From an uncultured virus (IMG/VR IMGVR_UViG_3300026549_001681) (lineage: Duplodnaviria; Heunggongvirae; Uroviricota; Caudoviricetes), in IMG/VR virus record IMGVR_UViG_3300026549_001681: DNA of 20,000 nt; one strand, 5' to 3'. The notes beneath the pieces are model-generated. The model was given only the letters and a program-made list of their open reading frames with translations. It was not told where the DNA came from and made no database searches. Position numbers and translations under genes: made by a program. Of this stretch, positions 9,263 through 13,632 are shown one piece after another. The first letter of the stretch is position 1. Every line of letters begins with the position of its first letter.

Positions 9263-9331
9263 GAAGGAAGTGCCTGTCCTTTATCTGGTGCAGAAGATAA
9301 CTGTATTCAGATAGACGGCACTTCTTTTTTT
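9263..9331 (+). ncRNA. 5' leader structure closed by GAAGTGCC/GGCACTTC with U-tract
   Basis: GAAGTGCC(T)GTC / GACGGCACTTC closing stem, inner hairpins TTATCT/AGATAA and CTG/CAG, then a T run. Confidence 0.5.
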
Positions 9332-9363
9332 ATGACTACAACGAAAGGACAAGGAAACATTCT

Positions 9364-9513
9364 ATGAAGTTTATGTTTACACAACTGAATTGGCAGAGAA
9401 TAGTCGCTGAGAAGGCGTCATATTCAGTATGTTCCTTGTTCCCGTCACGCTCTCATAGTGAGAACTATGCCATTGAAGGCAAAGATACAGGACATGGGGG
9501 ACGATCACAATGA
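9364..9513 (+). CDS. putative attenuator leader peptide (49 aa)
   Basis: MKFMFTQLNWQRIVAEKASYSVCSLFPSRSHSENYAIEGKDTGHGGRSQ; AAGGA RBS; last codons overlap the antiterminator strand. Confidence 0.55.
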   Translation: MKFMFTQLNWQRIVAEKASYSVCSLFPSRSHSENYAIEGKDTGHGGRSQ

Positions 9514-9556
9514 AGTGATTAGTTTTTGTTAGGCACAACAAGAGTTAATGCTGATT

Positions 9557-9602
9557 GAGGATCGTCCCGGAAGAGAACAAACCGAGGCGATCCTTTTATT
9601 TT
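9557..9602 (+). terminator. intrinsic terminator/attenuator ahead of the tRNA array
   Basis: GAGGATCGTC-C-CGG / CCG-A-GGCGATCCTT stem followed by TTATTTT. Confidence 0.7.
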
Positions 9603-9636
9603 GTTCTCACGCACCTTGACAATTTAATCTCAATAC

Positions 9637-9710
9637 ACCCTTGTCATTCAAAGGTAGGATAACTGACTGTTAATCAGATAATACAGGTTCAACTCCTGTC
9701 GAGGGTGCCA
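9637..9710 (+). tRNA. tRNA-Asn(GTT)
   Basis: ACCCTTG/CGAGGGT acceptor, loop CTGTTAA, GGTTCAACTCC, CCA. Confidence 0.9.
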
Positions 9711-9802
9711 ATAAAGAAGTTCTGTAAGGAAACAGGCACTCCTTACAAAGCCTCTTACAAAGGGGCAAAAGGAAACCAGGCACTTCCTTTGTCCCTCCTT
9801 AT

Positions 9803-9880
9803 GGAGAGTTAGCTGATCCGGTGAAAGCTCCAGGTTGAAGCCCTGGGTACAGGTTGGTCCGACACCAACACTCCCCACCA
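9803..9880 (+). tRNA. tRNA-Phe(GAA)
   Basis: CCAGG-TTGAAGC-CCTGG, atypical T-loop TCCGACA, CCA. Confidence 0.85.
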
Positions 9881-9895
9881 TCAAGTGCCTGACAT

Positions 9896-9970
9896 GGATC
9901 TCTGGTGCAACGGTAGCACTCCAGACTTTTAATCTGCGTAATGTGAGTTCGAATCTCGCGGGGTCCACCA
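9896..9970 (+). tRNA. tRNA-Lys(TTT)
   Basis: loop CTTTTAA, GTTCGAATC, CCA. Confidence 0.9.
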
Positions 9971-9974
9971 AAAT

Positions 9975-10050
9975 GGGTATGTAACTCAATCGGCAGAGTA
10001 CCGGTCTCTTAAACCGGGAGTTGCAGGATCGTTGCCTGTCATGCCCACCA
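9975..10050 (+). tRNA. tRNA-Lys(CTT)
   Basis: CCGGT-CTCTTAA-ACCGG, CCA. Confidence 0.9.
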
Positions 10051-10054
10051 ATAC

Positions 10055-10132
10055 GGCTCTGTGGGAAAGTAGCGCTAATCCGCCTGCCCGTCACGCAGGA
10101 GATCGCCGGTTCGAGTCCGGTCAGAGTCGCCA
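10055..10132 (+). tRNA. tRNA-Asp(GTC)
   Basis: CCTGC-CCGTCAC-GCAGG, GCCA end. Confidence 0.9.
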
Positions 10133-10134
10133 GA

Positions 10135-10205
10135 AAGTCTTTGTCTGTGGTGTAAACGCAAGCATCTGTCAGGGCTCCGGTTGGATTCCGGACAGACAAG
10201 GACTT
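10135..10205 (+). ncRNA. tRNA-like RNA without proper anticodon stem, 13-bp closing stem, no CCA
   Basis: AAGTCTTTGTCTG/CAGACAAGGACTT; D-like arm; TCCGG-TTGGATT-CCGGA T-like arm. Confidence 0.6.
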
Positions 10206-10212
10206 AACCTAT

Positions 10213-10286
10213 CGGGGTGTCGTATAACGGTAGTATCCGTGGCCTGGGACCACGTGGCGAGGGTTCGACTCCTTCTACTCCGACCA
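10213..10286 (+). tRNA. tRNA-Pro(TGG)
   Basis: CGTGG-CCTGGGA-CCACG, CCA. Confidence 0.9.
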
Positions 10287-10292
10287 ATAAAT

Positions 10293-10368
10293 GTCCTCAT
10301 AGTCAAGTTGGCCAAGACGGTGGAACTTCACTCCACAGGCGAGGGTTCGAATCCCTCTGAGGGTACCA
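10293..10368 (+). tRNA. tRNA-Glu(TTC)
   Basis: GTGGA-ACTTCAC-TCCAC, CCA. Confidence 0.85.
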
Positions 10369-10371
10369 AAT

Positions 10372-10446
10372 GGCGCTTTCTTCTATCGGCCAGGAAAACG
10401 GGTTCTCAGCCCGTGAAGCAGGGTTCAACTCCCTGAAGCGTCACCA
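10372..10446 (+). tRNA. tRNA-Glu(CTC)
   Basis: ACGGG-TTCTCAG-CCCGT, CCA. Confidence 0.9.
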
Positions 10447-10508
10447 GACCGAAGACCTGTTCGACTCAGGAAGGCGCCCTTGATTAGTGTAACGGAGAGC
10501 ACGCGGTC
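10447..10508 (+). ncRNA. circularly permuted tRNA-like RNA (T-arm, closed acceptor hairpin, D-arm)
   Basis: GACCG/CGGTC closing stem; CCTG-TTCGACT-CAGG; AAGG-CGC-CCTT; TA-GTG-TAACGGAGAG-CAC. Confidence 0.6.
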
Positions 10509-10515
10509 CTAACAT

Positions 10516-10593
10516 ATCCTTGTGGCGGAATAAGGCAGACGCAGACGGTTCAGATCCGTAAAGTTGGAGGTTCGAGTCCTCTCAGGGATACCA
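10516..10593 (+). tRNA. tRNA-Leu(CAG), short variable loop
   Basis: ACGG-TTCAGAT-CCGT, Leu-type D arm, ACCA. Confidence 0.85.
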
Positions 10594-10597
10594 ACAT

Positions 10598-10676
10598 ACC
10601 TTCGTAGCAGAACTGGCGTATGCGCTGGACTAAGGATCCAGGTCTTTTGTGGGTTCGACTCCCACCGGAGGTACCA
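10598..10676 (+). tRNA. tRNA-Leu(AAG), short variable loop
   Basis: CTGGA-CTAAGGA-TCCAG, ACCA. Confidence 0.85.
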
Positions 10677-10679
10677 AAC

Positions 10680-10756
10680 GCGCTTGTAGTAGAACGGCAT
10701 ATACGGCGGGTTTAAGCCCCGTGTCACTCCCGGTTCGAATCCGGGCTGGCGCACCA
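10680..10756 (+). tRNA. tRNA-Leu(TAA), short variable loop
   Basis: GCGGG-TTTAAGC-CCCGT, ACCA. Confidence 0.85.
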
Positions 10757-10761
10757 AATAC

Positions 10762-10837
10762 ACTCGCATAGCACAACCGGACAGTGCAGCGGTCTTCTAA
10801 ACCGCGTATCGGAGTTCGAGTCTTCGTGCGAGTGCCA
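10762..10837 (+). tRNA. tRNA-Arg(TCT)
   Basis: GCGGT-CTTCTAA-ACCGC, GCCA. Confidence 0.9.
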
Positions 10838-10840
10838 ACA

Positions 10841-10927
10841 CAGATGATAGGCAAAAGGAAGTAGGTACTGAGATTTCGGTACATGAAAACAAGTAGCCGA
10901 AGAGCAGAATCGCGACTGTTTCATCTG
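10841..10927 (+). ncRNA. structured non-tRNA RNA with two AGUA/GAA motifs
   Basis: CAGATGA/TCATCTG closing stem; GTACTGA-GATT-TCGGTAC hairpin. Confidence 0.5.
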
Positions 10928-10935
10928 ATCTATAT

Positions 10936-11012
10936 GTCTGGTTGATGCAGATGGCAGACATGGCTGACTCAAAATCAGTCTTTCCCGGGTTCGAGCCCCG
11001 GATCAGACACCA
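10936..11012 (+). tRNA. tRNA-Leu(CAA), short variable loop
   Basis: GCTGA-CTCAAAA-TCAGT, ACCA. Confidence 0.85.
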
Positions 11013-11124
11013 GCTGGGGATACCCAAGTCACCCAAAGGGGCCGGCGCGTAACCCGGTGTCCAAAGGACGGTGTGCACCTTGCGTCCCGGACTGCGCAGG
11101 TATGGAATCCTGCTCCCCGCACCA
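11013..11124 (+). tRNA. aberrant 112-nt tRNA-Tyr-like RNA
   Basis: GC(T)GGGGA/TCCCCGC-ACCA; 8-nt anticodon loop CGCGTAAC; multi-hairpin variable region; GCAGG-TATGGAAT-CCTGC. Confidence 0.6.
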
Positions 11125-11127
11125 AAT

Positions 11128-11202
11128 GCTTCTCTGGCACAATGGGACTGCGCCTGCCTTGTAAGCAGGAATGAGTGAGTTCGATTCTCACGGGAAGCTC
11201 CA
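11128..11202 (+). tRNA. tRNA-Thr(TGT)
   Basis: CCTGC-CTTGTAA-GCAGG, TCCA. Confidence 0.9.
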
Positions 11203-11210
11203 CTAAAAAG

Positions 11211-11289
11211 GCTCAGACGAGGCCTGTAATGCGTCCGTAGAAAAATTCTTATACGGTTAAGGTCTGAGCGACAGGAACGCAGCACAGGC
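11211..11289 (+). ncRNA. pseudoknotted structured RNA
   Basis: GCTCAGAC/GTCTGAGC, CCGTA/TACGG, crossing pairs GCCTGT/ACAGGC and TGCGT/ACGCA. Confidence 0.55.
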
Positions 11290-11296
11290 AAGATAT

Positions 11297-11372
11297 GGGC
11301 CAGAAGTCGCAATGGGGTGACGTGAGTTTTGCAAACTTGAGATGGCGGGTTCGATCCCCGTGTGGTCCACCA
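11297..11372 (+). tRNA. tRNA-Ala(TGC)
   Basis: loop TTTGCAA, G3:U70 pair, ACCA. Confidence 0.85.
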
Positions 11373-11412
11373 GGGTTCTTCAAAACTTCTCCTGACAAAA
11401 GAAGCGCACCAT

Positions 11413-11489
11413 ACCCGGATAACTCAGCTTGGGAGAGTGCCTGTCCTACAAACAGGAAGTCGTGGGTTCGATCCCCGCTCTGGGTACCA
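11413..11489 (+). tRNA. tRNA-Val(TAC)
   Basis: CCTGT-CCTACAA-ACAGG, ACCA. Confidence 0.9.
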
Positions 11490-11496
11490 AAGGCAC

Positions 11497-11581
11497 GGTC
11501 AGCGAGTAGCCTGGCCACGGTGGATAAGCCGGAAACGGAGTGTATCGGAGGTTCGAATCCTTCGCCGGGGAAAAGCTGACC
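11497..11581 (+). ncRNA. tRNA-elbow mimic with GAAA hairpin in place of anticodon arm and AGUA/GAA internal loop
   Basis: GGTCAGC/GCTGACC; CCTGG/CCGGG; CCG-GAAA-CGG; CGGAGG-TTCGAAT-CCTTCG; no CCA. Confidence 0.6.
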
Positions 11582-11593
11582 TAAACCTTATAT

Positions 11594-11668
11594 GCAGGCA
11601 TCGTATAGCGGCAATTACACCGGCTTGCCAAGTCGGATACACGGGTTCAAATCCCGTTGCTTGCTCCA
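11594..11668 (+). tRNA. tRNA-Gly(GCC)
   Basis: CCGGC-TTGCCAA-GTCGG, TCCA. Confidence 0.9.
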
Positions 11669-11672
11669 ACAC

Positions 11673-11748
11673 ATCAGGATAGTTTAATTGGTAAAACAGC
11701 GGTCTCCAAAACCGCACGATCAGGGTTCGAGTCCTTGTCTTGGTGCCA
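11673..11748 (+). tRNA. tRNA-Trp(CCA)
   Basis: GCGGT-CTCCAAA-ACCGC, GCCA. Confidence 0.9.
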
Positions 11749-11752
11749 ATAT

Positions 11753-11825
11753 TGCGGAGAGGTACGGAAACCACGCAGGCCTCATAAGCCTGACCTTTCG
11801 AGTTCGACTCTCGGCTCCGCAACCA
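11753..11825 (+). tRNA. tRNA-Met(CAT), initiator-like acceptor, reduced D arm
   Basis: TGCGGAG/CTCCGCA-ACCA; CAGGC-CTCATAA-GCCTG. Confidence 0.8.
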
Positions 11826-11827
11826 AA

Positions 11828-11897
11828 TGCAGTCAGTTCAGAGGTCGGGAGCTGATTAAATGCCGTACCCTTGAGGATTCCCCGGCAGCTGGCTGCG
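11828..11897 (+). ncRNA. rod-like structured RNA with bulge and large apical loop
   Basis: TGCAGTCAGTT/AGCTGGCTGCG, bulge CAGAG, GTCGGG/CCCGGC. Confidence 0.5.
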
Positions 11898-11903
11898 AAA
11901 TAT

Positions 11904-11978
11904 GAGGTCGTTAGTGTAATGGCAGCACGGCAGTTTGTGGCACTGCAAGCAAGAGATCGATACTCTTACCTCCTCCCA
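11904..11978 (+). tRNA. tRNA-His(GTG)
   Basis: GCAGT-TTGTGGC-ACTGC, G-1:C73, two acceptor mismatches. Confidence 0.85.
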
Positions 11979-11983
11979 AATAT

Positions 11984-12057
11984 GCTTCGTTGGTGTAACG
12001 GTAGCACGCCTTCCTTCCAAGCAGGCAATGAGGGTTCAATTCCCTTACGGAGCTCCA
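11984..12057 (+). tRNA. tRNA-Gly(TCC)
   Basis: loop CTTCCAA, TCCA. Confidence 0.9.
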
Positions 12058-12063
12058 ATAAAT

Positions 12064-12151
12064 GCCGTCGTAACCCGTTAAGGAGGCGGAACGGACTGTA
12101 AATCCGTTACTTAGTAAGTTCGAGTGGGTTCGATACCCTCAGGCGGCACCA
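12064..12151 (+). tRNA. tRNA-Tyr(GTA)
   Basis: ACGGA-CTGTAAA-TCCGT, long variable arm, ACCA. Confidence 0.85.
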
Positions 12152-12155
12152 ATAT

Positions 12156-12229
12156 CGTAGCATCTTTCAAAGGTAGGAAACGCGTCTGATAAGCGTGTAA
12201 TGGTAGTTCGATTCTATCTGCTACGACCA
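12156..12229 (+). tRNA. tRNA-Ile(GAT)
   Basis: CGCGT-CTGATAA-GCGTG, ACCA. Confidence 0.9.
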
Positions 12230-12233
12230 ATTT

Positions 12234-12308
12234 CGGAATATAGCGCAACGGTAGAGCAGGCGGCTTATATCCGTCAGGTTCAAGGTTCAAATCCTTGTGT
12301 TCCGACCA
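12234..12308 (+). tRNA. tRNA-Ile(TAT)
   Basis: GGCGG-CTTATAT-CCGTC, ACCA. Confidence 0.85.
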
Positions 12309-12313
12309 ACAAC

Positions 12314-12387
12314 GCATCGTTTGTCTCCGGCGAGGCAACCGGTCTGCAAAACCGACAAGATCAGTTCGACTCTGATACGATGCTCCA
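12314..12387 (+). tRNA. tRNA-Cys(GCA)
   Basis: loop CTGCAAA, U73-CCA. Confidence 0.85.
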
Positions 12388-12391
12388 ACAT

Positions 12392-12467
12392 GCTCTCGTA
12401 AGCCAATCGGAAGACTACCTCGCTACGAACGAGTCAGTTGCAGGTTCGAGCCCTGTCGGGAGTACCA
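12392..12467 (+). tRNA. tRNA-Arg(ACG)
   Basis: CTCG-CTACGAA-CGAG, ACCA. Confidence 0.9.
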
Positions 12468-12471
12468 ACAT

Positions 12472-12545
12472 TGTCCTTTAGCGTAACGGTAGCGCCGGGG
12501 CCTTTGACACCTTAGGAGAAAGTTCGATTCTTTCAAGGACAGCCA
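12472..12545 (+). tRNA. tRNA-Gln(TTG)
   Basis: loop CTTTGAC, U1:A72, GCCA. Confidence 0.85.
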
Positions 12546-12550
12546 ACTTT

Positions 12551-12626
12551 GCCGGATTAGCACAACCGGTCGTGCAACGGTTCCGTAAACCGTGTGATGA
12601 GGGTTCGAGTCCCTTGTTCGGCTCCA
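12551..12626 (+). tRNA. tRNA-Thr(CGT)
   Basis: ACGGT-TCCGTAA-ACCGT, TCCA. Confidence 0.9.
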
Positions 12627-12631
12627 TTTAT

Positions 12632-12725
12632 GACTATGTAAGCCTAACTGGTAAGGCACTTGCTTGGAAAGCAAGGAGTAATCGTGACGAGCGGTGTGCT
12701 GGTTCGAGTCCGGTCATAGTCGCCA
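12632..12725 (+). tRNA. tRNA-Ser(GGA)
   Basis: CTTGC-TTGGAAA-GCAAG, long variable arm, GCCA. Confidence 0.9.
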
Positions 12726-12727
12726 AT

Positions 12728-12817
12728 GACAGACAAACTCAGACGGCTCTGAGCGCAGTTTCGAAAACTGATGGCACGGGAAACCTGTGTGGGGATCGAC
12801 ACCTCTGTTTGTCGCCA
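12728..12817 (+). tRNA. tRNA-Ser(CGA)
   Basis: CAGT-TTCGAAA-ACTG, long variable arm, GCCA. Confidence 0.85.
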
Positions 12818-12821
12818 AAAT

Positions 12822-12897
12822 GCTTGCATAGTTCAGAAGGCAGAACGTCTGCTCGGTAAGCAGAAGGTGGACGGTTCAATTCCGTCTGTAAGCTCCA
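12822..12897 (+). tRNA. tRNA-Thr(GGT)
   Basis: TCTGC-TCGGTAA-GCAGA, TCCA. Confidence 0.9.
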
Positions 12898-12902
12898 ATT
12901 AC

Positions 12903-12987
12903 GCCGTGTGTCCGGGAGGTGAGGAAGGTGCCTTGAAAGCATTTGACCGGAAACGGTTTGCAGGTTCGAATCCTGTGCACGGCGCCA
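12903..12987 (+). tRNA. tRNA-Ser(TGA)
   Basis: GGTGC-CTTGAAA-GCATT, long variable arm, GCCA. Confidence 0.9.
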
Positions 12988-12992
12988 AATAC

Positions 12993-13066
12993 AGAGGTCT
13001 GGTGAAACGGCATCCCGTCCGGCTCTGAACCGGAAGTACAAAGTTCGACTCTTTGGATCTCTGCCA
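12993..13066 (+). tRNA. tRNA-Gln(CTG)
   Basis: TCCGG-CTCTGAA-CCGGA, GCCA. Confidence 0.85.
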
Positions 13067-13071
13067 CGAAT

Positions 13072-13166
13072 GTTGGTCTAAGCCTAACAGGTAAGGCAGC
13101 GGTTTGCTAAACCGTAAGTAACCGTAGATATACGGTGTCTGAGTTCGAGTCTCAGGATCAACGCCA
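13072..13166 (+). tRNA. tRNA-Ser(GCT)
   Basis: GCGGT-TTGCTAA-ACCGT, long variable arm, GCCA. Confidence 0.9.
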
Positions 13167-13230
13167 AAGACAAAGCCCTCAGTATCAGAAATCAACCTGA
13201 GGCTTAAGCCACCTCGCACAAACGGCATAG

Positions 13231-13263
13231 AAAAACCCAGAGGGTGCGACCTCTGGGTTTTTT
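13231..13263. terminator. bidirectional intrinsic terminator ending the tRNA array
   Basis: AAAAACCCAGAGG-GTGCGA-CCTCTGGGTTTTTT. Confidence 0.85.
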
Positions 13264-13359
13264 GTTGCCGTGAATAAGCGATATTCTCTCTTTTCGCTTG
13301 CATTGATTATAGTATATTTTCAGGATGCTTTCCAGCAATTACGGGGTGAAATTAGACCA

Positions 13360-13632
13360 TTAACCACCAAAACCCGTCGGCTGGGTAAATTCGTCTTCAG
13401 TATTGTCAGGGTTATATAACCCGAGTCTGGTCATTGTTTCAACATAAGAATCGAACCATTCTTCACCGTCATATTCTGCCATTGCTTCTAATCGTTTGTG
13501 TCTCCATATCTCGTGTTTTATTATCAAGATAGTCAGGCATATCTCTGCAATAAACAGCAAAATAAATAGCACGGGATGGTCATGTCCCCAGGCTTCGATT
13601 CTGCTCTCCATCTCACATAGCCAGGACCACAT
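13360..13632 (-). CDS. small membrane protein, one TM segment
   Basis: Hydrophobic stretch VLFILLFIAEICLTILII; start overlaps the upstream stop. Confidence 0.65.
   Translation of the reverse strand: MWSWLCEMESRIEAWGHDHPVLFILLFIAEICLTILIIKHEIWRHKRLEAMAEYDGEEWFDSYVETMTRLGLYNPDNTEDEFTQPTGFGG

Noticed and set aside
9269..9280. 12-nt identity AGTGCCTGTCCT between the leader and tRNA-Val
   Set aside because: Short and plausibly chance; no mechanism can be supported from sequence alone.
9260..9602. T-box riboswitch in the leader
   Set aside because: No AGGGTGGNACCGCG T-box sequence or stem I motifs seen.
9616..9645. TTGACA as a second promoter for the array
   Set aside because: No -10 at 16-18 bp (it would fall inside tRNA-Asn); better read as a boxA-like motif.
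10135..11897. Contiguous GOLLD, tmRNA or RNase P RNA
   Set aside because: Non-tRNA gaps are under ~110 nt and self-contained; no tag ORF or RNase P core recognised. A local Infernal search is still needed.
9637..13166. Suppressor, Sec or Pyl tRNA implying stop-codon recoding
   Set aside because: No CTA, TTA or TCA anticodon found, and the long CDSs read intact in the standard code.
9648..13303. Many overlapping ORFs on both strands in the ORF track
   Set aside because: They overlie tRNA genes and lack RBSs or protein-like composition; spurious.
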